Assembly (NCBI GenBank): GCA_018238625.1
Contig: JABCSY010000071.1
Coordinates: 1-20,595, forward strand
Length of the DNA stretch: 20,595 bases
DNA from: Promethearchaeota archaeon
GTDB lineage: Archaea > Asgardarchaeota > Lokiarchaeia > Sigyniarchaeales > SOKP01
Direction: 5' to 3'
Below are positions 6,351-15,366 of this stretch, piece after piece. The position numbers were made by a program, and so were the translations under genes. The stretch's first letter is position 1. Each line of letters starts with the position of its first letter. The notes under the pieces were generated by a model, which made no database searches, was not told where the DNA came from, and saw only the letters and a list, made by a program, of their open reading frames with translations.

Positions 6351-8591
6351 TTATTTAAAAAGAAATCTAAATCTTTTTCTCCAAACCAGTGTAATTCCAA
6401 TCATTGTTAGCACAGAAATGGTTATAAACAGATCAGGATAACCAGGAATAGCAGGGGGTTCGACAGTAAATGTCATAATTATGGAATTAGATCGCCCTGA
6501 CCAATCATATACGGTAATATTTGCTGTATGCTGTCCTGGATTTAAGTTTGAAATGGTTGTAGACATCAATGGGGCATTCACTGTAGATTTAAGAATGTTG
6601 TCAATAAAGATTTCTGTGTATTTATAACCTGTTTCTCCTTCCATTACATTCCAATTGAACTGAACTACAGATTTAGTATTACTCTGGTTTAATGGTGACA
6701 AAAGGTTCAACATAGGATTAGTCAAATCGATGTGTACTAAGAATTGCAGCGAATTTATATTCATTACATAATCTAATACCGTAATGTTAATGACGTGAAT
6801 TCCTTCTGTTAAACTAGAAATGATAGTGTTCTGAAGCGTTCCTGAGTAAACATTATTACTTGGGGAATCTAACCATATTGCAGTCCCTCCATATCCACTT
6901 AATGAATCTGTAGCTGACCAGATCAGGGAAATGGAATTGATCGAACTATTATAATAAGGAACTGGAGATGTTAATGATAGAACTGGTCCTGTAGTATCTA
7001 TATTCACTTGATAATGATCAGCCGCATTGCCAATATTTCCAACATTGTCTTTAGCTACAACATGAACATACCAGGAACCATCAGATAGAGATGATGAAAC
7101 TAGAGCTCCAGTGTATTTAGTAAAGATACCAGTTGATGATGTTGGAATAGTAGTTGGATTTTGGTCAATAATATAATAATATCCCGCAATACCATTCACA
7201 TCACTTGGCTTAGTCCAATTAAACGAGGGTAGTGCATTAGCGCTCCATGAACTAGATGGATGAGTAAATGAAAAAATTTTAGGAGTCAAAACTGTACAAT
7301 CAAAATGAATTGTTGAAAATGGGTCTCCTAAGATACTCATTCCATAAAACCATTCAACATAATTACCCGAATAAGTAGTCATAGATTGATACCAATCATG
7401 GAGAGCTTTTCCGAATGTCATGTTATTTCCCAAACTATCATAAAAAGTTGTACCATCTGTCATGCCTCCTGTTTTAGTTGAACCAAGAACCGAAATAGAC
7501 CGTGAACCAGAATATAAGTATGTAGTTGCCAGACAATCCCATGTACTCCAATCAGCACCATGACAGCAAAATAAGTTATAAAAGTTAAATGCTGGAGCGT
7601 TTATTTTCGTGTGTATTTGAGATGAAGAGACTGTTCCTTCACCACTCCCTCTGGGACCAAAATAATGTTGACCCGGATTAACTCCACTATGAACGCATAG
7701 ATGAGCAAATTCATAATCTTGTAATAATCTAGTATTCAACCAATCATTAGCAGTTGTGGCAGTTGTAGGAGTATGTACGTCAGTTCGAGTTGAATAAGCA
7801 TTGTCTAACCATCCAGGCCAATTATCGTAAGTTCCATTCGCCCACGCTTGCCAATCATCGTCGATGTATGTAATCGCCCTATGAGTACGGGAAACGCCTC
7901 CTATCCTATATGAATGAATTCTATTCAATAGCGTTATTATATTTTGTGAATTAGTTTGACCTCCTAAACCCCTATTTGTAGCATCAATTCTCCCAACATA
8001 GATCTCAGGATAAATATCGGCTCCTGTAGAGGCATTATGCTTATCATAAACACCATCAGTATTAAGATCCCACCAATTACCATCCATATCCATGAGATAT
8101 AAATCACATGTAAATGTTTCAGCATTGAAAGTACCTAGTACCGCAGGATGATAATATTGAGCATACGGTAAATTACCAATAAGGACAGCTCCTATAGAAT
8201 TATTGTTGGTGTACCATGATTGGAGGAGACTTTTAAGATTTTGGACCGTTGAAATCGAATTAGTGTGTTTTATGGTTGTATAACCCGTATCCTTTAAATC
8301 TTGTTCATATTGATTCACAGCAGTTTGAACGGCACTAATCCCCCATAGGGAATTTTCTATTATTAACACAACTGTTTCATTTAGAGAATAATAAGGGGGA
8401 GTTGGATCATAAGCAGGGATTGGTTCAACCACACCTTTAATTTCAAAAGAATCATTTGAATTAATTGTTGGATGAAGAATAAGTGTATTTGAATTATTTT
8501 TAAATGAGTAAGATGTTGTACAAAGACTCAGTGCAAATAATGCAAATAAAATGCTTATAGAAAGATTTTTATTGTTTTTCAAAATTGTCAT
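6351..8591 (-). CDS. Secreted, C-terminally anchored peptidase C25 (gingipain-like) protein with Ig-like repeats and Loki-CTERM-like sorting signal
   Basis: Signal peptide (KNNKNLSISILFALFALSLC). C25-like motifs GAVLIGNLP, DLYLMDMDGNW, PEIYVGRI, CVHSG, LFCC and ILGDP. Beta-rich repeats (DTTGPVLSL, DLTNPMLNL). C-terminal IPGY + TM helix + WRKRFR. Start probably ATG 8591; the track starts at 8633. Confidence 0.75.
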   Translation of the reverse strand: MTILKNNKNLSISILFALFALSLCTTSYSFKNNSNTLILHPTINSNDSFEIKGVVEPIPAYDPTPPYYSLNETVVLIIENSLWGISAVQTAVNQYEQDLKDTGYTTIKHTNSISTVQNLKSLLQSWYTNNNSIGAVLIGNLPYAQYYHPAVLGTFNAETFTCDLYLMDMDGNWWDLNTDGVYDKHNASTGADIYPEIYVGRIDATNRGLGGQTNSQNIITLLNRIHSYRIGGVSRTHRAITYIDDDWQAWANGTYDNWPGWLDNAYSTRTDVHTPTTATTANDWLNTRLLQDYEFAHLCVHSGVNPGQHYFGPRGSGEGTVSSSQIHTKINAPAFNFYNLFCCHGADWSTWDCLATTYLYSGSRSISVLGSTKTGGMTDGTTFYDSLGNNMTFGKALHDWYQSMTTYSGNYVEWFYGMSILGDPFSTIHFDCTVLTPKIFSFTHPSSSWSANALPSFNWTKPSDVNGIAGYYYIIDQNPTTIPTSSTGIFTKYTGALVSSSLSDGSWYVHVVAKDNVGNIGNAADHYQVNIDTTGPVLSLTSPVPYYNSSINSISLIWSATDSLSGYGGTAIWLDSPSNNVYSGTLQNTIISSLTEGIHVINITVLDYVMNINSLQFLVHIDLTNPMLNLLSPLNQSNTKSVVQFNWNVMEGETGYKYTEIFIDNILKSTVNAPLMSTTISNLNPGQHTANITVYDWSGRSNSIIMTFTVEPPAIPGYPDLFITISVLTMIGITLVWRKRFRFLFK

Positions 8592-8827
8592 AAGAAATCC
8601 TCTAATTTTGTTAGATAACAAATTATATAACATTTTTTATTTATATATTTTGATGTAGATAAATTAAACTAAGAAATCACATTACTTTTATATTCAAACG
8701 ATTAGAGACTATCATCATGGAGGATTTTCAAAATCTTAAAATCTAGAAATTAATACAAATCATTGTTTAAGTTAAAAAAAAAAAATATTTTTTAGGATTT
8801 TCACTAATATAATTATTAATCGTATAA

Positions 8828-9223
8828 TTATTTATTAAAGCTATTTTCGTTGCGCCATGCTAATATTGAAAAGTAGATAATTAATAATCCTTGAATAACG
8901 GGAAAAATCGGGTACCACCAAATTCCATTTATATCGGGGTTAGCCCATATTACATGGTTAATAATCCATTGTACTATTGCCCAAATAGCAGGAATTATGC
9001 CGAGAATTACTCCCTCCTTCCTTTTAAACAATAGGAGCAGAATGCTAATTGCTATAATTACCGCAGTGATAATGGTAACAACGCCCCCAATAAATCCTTG
9101 CTGTCCTATTAAACTTATAGAACCGGGTATTTCACGTACAAATTTATGCACTAGATTGATTAATAATGCTGCTATAACGGCCTGAATATAAATAGATGGA
9201 TATTTCGAATCATTTTCTTTCAT
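8828..9223 (-). CDS. Hypothetical integral membrane protein (~4 TM)
   Basis: Four hydrophobic segments, an AGGTGA RBS just upstream, and a downstream T12 tract (A12 at 8774-8785). Confidence 0.8.
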   Translation of the reverse strand: MKENDSKYPSIYIQAVIAALLINLVHKFVREIPGSISLIGQQGFIGGVVTIITAVIIAISILLLLFKRKEGVILGIIPAIWAIVQWIINHVIWANPDINGIWWYPIFPVIQGLLIIYFSILAWRNENSFNK

Positions 9224-9274
9224 TTTTTCACCTTATAGTTGTAAAAAAAAATTAAAGTTGAGTTGAAAAATATA

Positions 9275-9430
9275 TCATTTTTCTTCTAGTTTGAAATCTA
9301 TATGCTTTACTAATTCTGAGAATGGCTGATCTCCATGACATTTTATGATTTGATTTAAAGTACAGCCTTTAGGATGTTCCTTTAATATCTCAGGATGATT
9401 ACAATCACATTCACTTTCTTTTATTTTCAT
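9275..9430 (-). CDS. Small Cys/His-rich putative metal-binding protein (51 aa); not in ORF track
   Basis: MKIKESECDCNHPEILKEHPKGCTLNQIIKCHGDQPFSELVKHIDFKLEEK*, with 4 Cys and 4 His. Co-oriented with the membrane-protein gene and divergent from the ArsR gene. Confidence 0.7.
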   Translation of the reverse strand: MKIKESECDCNHPEILKEHPKGCTLNQIIKCHGDQPFSELVKHIDFKLEEK

Positions 9431-9458
9431 TTTATCTCTATTATGTTTTTATTTTTAA

Positions 9459-9524
9459 TAGTTAAATGAATGATTTAACTAAATGAATTATTTAATTAAA
9501 TAATTTACTTAATATTTAAATATT
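9459..9524. promoter_or_regulatory. Divergent promoter with candidate ArsR operators
   Basis: TAGTTAAAT-N5-ATTTAACTA at 9459-9481. 17-bp tandem repeats at 9463-9479 and 9480-9496 (15/17). Perfect 20-bp palindrome at 9486-9505. AATATTTAAATATT at 9511-9524 gives TTTAAATA on both strands. The region is very AT-rich, so some symmetry may be chance. Confidence 0.45.
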
Positions 9525-9568
9525 TCTAAAATTTTAATAATATTAAAGAAGAACAAAAGAATATTAAA

Positions 9569-9916
9569 ATGACTAAAGAAATTGATATCAGAGATGTAGG
9601 TACATATTTAAAAGCGTTACATTGCTCCGTTAGATGGGATATTATTGAAATATTGAGAAATGGCCCCAAATCTTCTGAAGTGATATTTAATCTCTTAACG
9701 AAAGAAGTAAATACAACTAAAGAACAAAATGATCAAGAGTGTGAAGGTATCTGTTTACGGGGCAAAGGAAGAGATATCCAAAAACCAACATTATACTATC
9801 ACTTAAGGGAATTAGAGGCTGTAAAGATTATAGAATCCACCTTGAAAAAGAAAAAAGGTGCTCCTGAGAAAGTATGGAAATTAAATATCGAAAAATTAAC
9901 CATTAATTTGAAGTAG
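9569..9916 (+). CDS. ArsR/SmtB-family winged-HTH transcriptional regulator
   Basis: YLKALHCSVRWDIIEILRNGPKS...KPTLYYHLRELEAVKIIE...KVWKL, with an insertion carrying CEGIC. Confidence 0.85.
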   Translation: MTKEIDIRDVGTYLKALHCSVRWDIIEILRNGPKSSEVIFNLLTKEVNTTKEQNDQECEGICLRGKGRDIQKPTLYYHLRELEAVKIIESTLKKKKGAPEKVWKLNIEKLTINLK

Positions 9917-10206
9917 AAACTAAAAACTTAATAAATCTTTAAGAATCACAATCAATTTTTTAGCTAAGTCAAAGTTTAAAGCAATACCATTTATCGATCA
10001 TCTTAAAAGAAAAATTGTAATTGACTGCTAACAAATTCTTGGAATATGATCCAAAAAGTCAAGATTTTTAATTACAATAAAAGAAAACTTCTAAAATTAA
10101 CATTTTTGTCAAAACAGCTCTTTTTTAAATGATTTAATATGTTCTATCGTCATAGAAAAAAATCATTTTCAATAGTTTTTATATAGATAAAAAACAAACT
10201 ATTCTT

Positions 10207-10360
10207 AAGGATTCCAGATAATTTGAGCTAACATTGGATTTCAAGGCGATAAAACGCTTCGTACGCCTGATTAAGCCCTCTATTAAACTCAAACACGAGT
10301 TTAATTATCTCTTAACCTATATATTTCGGCTCAGATTAGAGGATCTTTGTTCTTTTTTTT
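10207..10360 (+). ncRNA. Candidate structured non-coding RNA (~140-150 nt), family not recognised
   Basis: TTTATATA at 10178-10185. Nested stems 10207-10214/10341-10348, 10219-10229/10328-10338, 10241-10248/10264-10270 and 10282-10290/10297-10305. T8 tract at 10353-10360. G-U pairs favour the + strand. Confidence 0.5.
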
Positions 10361-10590
10361 ATATTGAATAACTTATTAATACATAGATGAAATGTAATCC
10401 AAATTTACTCTAACATTTTTTTGTGGCAGTAGTCCTTAATCTTGGATTTTTTCCTTTTGAAATTGCTGTAATAATTTTAATTTTTTTGTACAAATATTTT
10501 TAAACAAATTAAAGGTAGTTTTATTGTTAGTTTTTGACTTAAGAGTAGATAATTATCAAATATTAATATAATTCTAAAAAGACGAATATT

Positions 10591-12060
10591 ATGGAAACAA
10601 ATGTAAGCTTCACATTTTTAGGGGGCGTGAATGAAGTTGGAGGTAATATTATTCTTTTAGAAGATTTTGCGTACGATGTGAAAGTCTTACTTGATTTTGG
10701 AATTAACATAAAAAATTTTAATGATCAATACGAAAGATATGAAGCGCCAAATTCAATCGAAGAATTAGTTAAGATAGGATTATTGCCTAAAGCGGAAATG
10801 TTTTCAATCGATAATTTATATACTGATTATAAGGCGAATAAAAACCAAGATTTTAATGATTTGGAAACGAATATCGATGGGATTATTATCAGTCATCCTC
10901 ATAAAGATCATTTTTTTGGGTTGTCATTTGTCAATAGAAACATACCAATTTATACTGGAGTTTTTACCAAAAAAATTATTTCTGCTTATTATAAATGCTC
11001 TAAAAATTCAATTGCTAATAATTATGGCGGATTAAACTGGAAACTGTTTCGTACGGGCGATATTCTTGATATAAAGGGATTAGAAATAATACCGGTGCAT
11101 GTAGATCATTCGATCCCAGCCGCCTATGGTTTCATTATTAAAACTTCTGGAGGTATAGTTGTTTATACTGGAGATTTTCGTATGCACGGTCCTTTAGCTT
11201 CTATGACTCAAGATTTTCTAGATGAGATAAAAAACGCTCTTAAAGTGCCACACCAACAAGAAAAAAATAAAGTAGAAATTCAAAAATCCCGTGAAGCTCA
11301 AATTAAACTCTTAATTTGTGAAGGTACACACATCCATAGGGGAGCAATTGAATCAGAAAATAATGTAGAACAAAATTTAGAACAGCTATTTGCTAAAATT
11401 CCTTTTGATTTTCTATTAGTGAAATTTGATCGTTTAGATTGGGACCGTTTTAGGACTTTTTCTTCAATTGCAAAAAAATTTGGATGGAAATTTATCATAA
11501 CTGAAAAAGACGCTTATTTTTATTACCTTTTGAACAAAGATGATATTTACGAAAGTATGAAAAATCCGAATATAACTGCGGACGATCACATTTTAATTTT
11601 AACTATAGGGGCTGTGAAGTATCGTTGGCAAGAAAAGATAAGACAAGCGATATACAATGAAGAAAAGGGATATCGTTTAATAAAATATAACGATTTAAAA
11701 GAGTTAGACAGTGGTTTTTTCTTTTATATTACTTCATTGCATAAAGATATTATAAAAAAGCTTAATCCACATTTCAGAGGTGCTTTTATTTCTTCTAGTA
11801 TTGATCCTTATACTGAAGAATTTATTGACAATAATAGGACTTTAAGTCGATTTTTTCGCAAAATTGGAATGCCCTCTTATAGAATACATGCTTCAGGCCA
11901 TGCGATGCCACACCATTTAATAAACTTTATAAAAACGGTAAATCCTGAACATTTAATCCCTATTCACACTGAACAACCACATTTTTTTGAAACATTTTTT
12001 AAAAATTCAGACATTAACATAATAATTCCTAAAAAAAATGAAACTATAAATTTACAGTAA
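10591..12060 (+). CDS. beta-CASP metallo-beta-lactamase ribonuclease (RNase J-like)
   Basis: GGVNEVGGN, LLDFG, SHPHKDH, VDHSIP, YTGDFRMHG, CEGT, HASGHA and PIHTE. Confidence 0.85.
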   Translation: METNVSFTFLGGVNEVGGNIILLEDFAYDVKVLLDFGINIKNFNDQYERYEAPNSIEELVKIGLLPKAEMFSIDNLYTDYKANKNQDFNDLETNIDGIIISHPHKDHFFGLSFVNRNIPIYTGVFTKKIISAYYKCSKNSIANNYGGLNWKLFRTGDILDIKGLEIIPVHVDHSIPAAYGFIIKTSGGIVVYTGDFRMHGPLASMTQDFLDEIKNALKVPHQQEKNKVEIQKSREAQIKLLICEGTHIHRGAIESENNVEQNLEQLFAKIPFDFLLVKFDRLDWDRFRTFSSIAKKFGWKFIITEKDAYFYYLLNKDDIYESMKNPNITADDHILILTIGAVKYRWQEKIRQAIYNEEKGYRLIKYNDLKELDSGFFFYITSLHKDIIKKLNPHFRGAFISSSIDPYTEEFIDNNRTLSRFFRKIGMPSYRIHASGHAMPHHLINFIKTVNPEHLIPIHTEQPHFFETFFKNSDINIIIPKKNETINLQ

Positions 12061-12125
12061 AATCTCTAAACTAAAACTAATTCCAAGGAATTTAAATTAA
12101 CACATCTTGGTGTAAAAAAGAATAT

Positions 12126-12269
12126 ATGAAGAAAAAGTGTTCAAAATGTGGAATGATCCGTTCGAATAAAGATCTTGTTAAGTTAGAAAATGCAAACATT
12201 ATTTGCTTTTCTTGTTGGAATCGAAATTTAAAAGAGAAGAATAAAACAAATAAATCGATTTCTAATTAA
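12126..12269 (+). CDS. Small basic zinc-finger protein (47 aa, CxxC-x18-CxxC); not in ORF track
   Basis: MKKKCSKCGMIRSNKDLVKLENANIICFSCWNRNLKEKNKTNKSISN*. TTTAAAT at 12091-12097 lies about 30 nt upstream. Confidence 0.7.
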   Translation: MKKKCSKCGMIRSNKDLVKLENANIICFSCWNRNLKEKNKTNKSISN

Positions 12270-12293
12270 AACGTTCACCTTTTAAAATTAAAA

Positions 12294-12503
12294 CTACTCG
12301 TAAGAAATCAAGTATGTATATTTTGTTAAGTTAAATTTTTTAATTTTAATATCCATCTGGCTATTCTTTTGAGGTAATAGTGGCATTTTAATTACGAACT
12401 TGCAATCCTCCAAGTAAATGTTGTTGTAAAACATGTTCTTGTACCGATCCCAATCTATATACATATTTATATTATCTTTTTTAAGAGACTGGACAACCGA
12501 CAT
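12294..12503 (-). CDS. Small hypothetical protein (69 aa)
   Basis: ATG at 12503 is preceded by a GAGGT RBS at 12509-12513. The track's TTG start at 12515 overlaps that RBS. Confidence 0.55.
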   Translation of the reverse strand: MSVVQSLKKDNINMYIDWDRYKNMFYNNIYLEDCKFVIKMPLLPQKNSQMDIKIKKFNLTKYTYLISYE

Positions 12504-12785
12504 AAAATACCTCAATTAAATTATTATAAATTGAATAACCTTTCGCAACAAAAGCTCTTTCGCTTAAATATTGTTCGATAAACCCTTAAACTGTTGAATA
12601 ACTTAAAGGTAAAACGTGTAACACGCAATATTGGACAATCTTAGCAACCAATATATTAATACAAAATTGACATATTTATATGTTTCGATGTTTTACTAAA
12701 AAGAATAATTAATCAAAATATTAATATGAGTTTCCTTCTATTTATTTAACCAAGGTATTATGGAAATGCAAATCTGGTTTATTTT

Positions 12786-14750
12786 ATGAGTAATGGTTTT
12801 TTTGGGAAAGTTTTATGGGTTGATCTAACAAAAAATAGTTTTGAGGAGGAAGTGCTTCCTGAAAACATGTATCATCAATTCATGGGTGGATATGGGCTAG
12901 GGTGTAGATTATTATATGAAAGAATGGATTCAAAAGTAAAACCATTAAGCCCCGAGTCAATAATAGGCTTTTTTCCTGGGCTATTAACGGGTACTGCAGC
13001 TCCCTTCTCAGGAAGATTTATGGTTGTAGGTAAGTCTCCGTTAACTGGAACTTGGGGTGATGCGAATAGTGGTGGAACTTTTGGACCTGCCATAAAAAAA
13101 TGTGGTTATGACGGAATTTTGGTTAAAGGTGCTGCTAAAAATCCAAAATACATATCTATTATTGATGGTAATATTGAGATTTTAGATGCTTCTGATATTT
13201 GGGGGAAAGATGTTATAGAATCTGAATTATTTCTAAAAAATAAACATGGAAAATTAATAAAAACAGCAGGAATAGGTCTTGCAGGGGAAAGATTATCTAA
13301 AATATCAGGAATTGCAAACGATAAAGGAAGAATCGCTGCGCGTTCTGGTTTAGGTGCCGTTATGGGTTCAAAAAAGCTAAAAACGATAGTTCTTAAAGGA
13401 AATAAGAAAGTTTTAATCAGTAACCGTGAGAACTTTTTGAGTTTAATAAAGGAATACCATAAAGCGACGAAAATTAAACCATTATCCCCTATGAAAAAGA
13501 ATATTTTAAGTAAGATATTCGGAATGGTAAAATCCATCCGTAGACTCAAAATTGGAATGGCTGCTTCACCAACTCTTATGAGAACAATTTATCGCTATTT
13601 TGGAACTACTATTGGAAATGTAATTAGTGCTGAAACGGGAGATTCTCCCATTAAAAATTGGTCTGGAATAGGAATGTACGATTTTCCTTACGAAAAATCA
13701 AAGCTATTGTCCTCCGTTAATATAAACAAATATAAAGTAAAAGAATACGGATGTTTTAGCTGTCCTGTTCAATGCGGAGCTATTTTAAAAGTCCCTGAAT
13801 TGGACATTAAAGAAATGCACAGTCCAGAATACGAAACTTGCTGCTCATTTGGTTCTCTTTTACTCAACAACGACTTGCTTTCTATATTAAAAATTAATGA
13901 CCTCTGTAATCGTGCGGCAATCGATACTATTTCCACTGGTGTAACAGTTGCTTTTGCAATCGAATGTTTTCAAAATAATCTTTTAAATTTAGACGATACA
14001 GGCGGTTTAGATTTAATGTGGGGTAATAGTAAATCTGTAGTAGAATTAGTCCGCAAAATAATATTGAGAGAAGGTATCGGCGATACATTAGCTGATGGAG
14101 CAAAAATCGCTTCTGAAAAAATAGGGAAAAATAGTAAACAATACGCCATAACTTCATTTGGCTCTGAAATTCCGATGCACGACCCTCGCTATTTTAAATC
14201 TTTAGCTTTTACATACGCGTTTGATCCGACCCCCGGAAGGCATACAGCGGCTAGTATCGATTTTTCTGAAATTGGACCATATGATAAATTTGAAAAAAGC
14301 TTAAATCTCCCCAAAAAATGGAAAAAAAACGAAGAAAAGAAGGCAGAGGCGCAAGCAATCAATACGGGCTTTCATCAAATCTTAAACTGTGCCGGTATGT
14401 GCATGTTCTCGCCTTCTTTTGGCCCTTATCCTTTTATTGATCTTTTGAATTCTTTAACCGGTTGGAATACTAACATTGATGATTATATCAAAACTGGAAT
14501 AAGAATCCAAACCTTACGCCAAGCGTTCACGATACGAGAAGGTATTATCATAGCGCAAAACGAATTGCCCGATAGAATAATCGGACTACCACCTGCTGAA
14601 AAAGGACCGCATAAAGGTAAGACAGTAGAGTATAAAGAATTTTATAAAGAATTTTGCAACAGATTGGGATGGAATCCTGAAAATGGCTATCCATTAAAAA
14701 AGACTTTAAAAGATTTAGACCTGGAATTCGTAATTAAAGATTTATATTAA
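12786..14750 (+). CDS. aor: Tungsten-dependent aldehyde:ferredoxin oxidoreductase family protein
   Basis: GKVLWVDL, KSPLTGTWGDANSGG, GRIAARSGLGAVMGSKKLK, CFSCPVQC, PEYET, DTIS and PMHDPR. Confidence 0.92.
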   Translation: MSNGFFGKVLWVDLTKNSFEEEVLPENMYHQFMGGYGLGCRLLYERMDSKVKPLSPESIIGFFPGLLTGTAAPFSGRFMVVGKSPLTGTWGDANSGGTFGPAIKKCGYDGILVKGAAKNPKYISIIDGNIEILDASDIWGKDVIESELFLKNKHGKLIKTAGIGLAGERLSKISGIANDKGRIAARSGLGAVMGSKKLKTIVLKGNKKVLISNRENFLSLIKEYHKATKIKPLSPMKKNILSKIFGMVKSIRRLKIGMAASPTLMRTIYRYFGTTIGNVISAETGDSPIKNWSGIGMYDFPYEKSKLLSSVNINKYKVKEYGCFSCPVQCGAILKVPELDIKEMHSPEYETCCSFGSLLLNNDLLSILKINDLCNRAAIDTISTGVTVAFAIECFQNNLLNLDDTGGLDLMWGNSKSVVELVRKIILREGIGDTLADGAKIASEKIGKNSKQYAITSFGSEIPMHDPRYFKSLAFTYAFDPTPGRHTAASIDFSEIGPYDKFEKSLNLPKKWKKNEEKKAEAQAINTGFHQILNCAGMCMFSPSFGPYPFIDLLNSLTGWNTNIDDYIKTGIRIQTLRQAFTIREGIIIAQNELPDRIIGLPPAEKGPHKGKTVEYKEFYKEFCNRLGWNPENGYPLKKTLKDLDLEFVIKDLY

Positions 14751-14803
14751 ATATACAACTTTAACTACCTATAAGGCTAATTAACTAGAATTAATTCATT
14801 CCA

Positions 14804-15289
14804 ATGACTTCTAAGAATGTTATTTCAAATGATGAAAAGAGTTTAAAATCTTATATTAAAAGGGAGCTATTAACCGGTGCAAAGCGGTTAAAAAATAAAT
14901 ATCCCCCGATTTCCGAAAACATTAAAGGAGTTCCTAAGTCTTTAAAAATCAAGAAGATTTACGAGTTAAAGGAAAATCATAAAAATTTTTATCTTATAAA
15001 TACAAAAAATTATTCTAAAAAACCAAGACATAGGTATTTTTTAGCGATTATGTTAGCTTCTCAAAGTTCCGATCTATTAGTTAGCCTAGCAAAAGGGTTC
15101 AGTAAAGAGCATAATTTAAAATTGATCCAATTCTCAATCTATCCTCAACACTTCAGAGTTAGTTTGTTCTCTTTAAAAGAATTAAGCAGTACAGATAACT
15201 TCCCAGAGTCAATCAATTTATTAATAGAATTCAGAAACAAGCATCGAAAAGAGTTAGAGAACCTTAAAAATTTAATTAAAAATGTATAA
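14804..15289 (+). CDS. Hypothetical basic protein (161 aa)
   Basis: Long ATG-initiated ORF filling the aor-pyk gap on the same strand. No recognisable motif. Confidence 0.7.
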   Translation: MTSKNVISNDEKSLKSYIKRELLTGAKRLKNKYPPISENIKGVPKSLKIKKIYELKENHKNFYLINTKNYSKKPRHRYFLAIMLASQSSDLLVSLAKGFSKEHNLKLIQFSIYPQHFRVSLFSLKELSSTDNFPESINLLIEFRNKHRKELENLKNLIKNV

Positions 15290-15366
15290 TTTTTAACAAA
15301 AGATACAATATTAATATTAATTATTCAATTATAGGTTTTAAAACAAAATTCTAATATTGATGTAAA

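Noticed and set aside
8997-9185. 62-aa + strand ORF
   Set aside because: Antisense to the membrane-protein gene, which has an RBS and a terminator.
10232-10270. tRNA-Sec or SECIS interpretation of the structured region (TTCAA, CTGA)
   Set aside because: No cloverleaf or T-arm, no nearby in-frame TGA read-through candidate, and no RTGATGA C box to go with the CTGA.
11298-11498. 66-aa - strand ORF
   Set aside because: Antisense shadow inside the RNase gene.
10364-12603. TTGAATAAC occurring at 10364, 12531 and 12594 as a shared regulatory motif
   Set aside because: A short AT-rich 9-mer; the 10364 copy cannot be distinguished from chance without a genome-wide background.
12875-14157. Three - strand ORFs (12875-13093, 13106-13549, 13927-14157)
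   Set aside because: Antisense shadows within aor.
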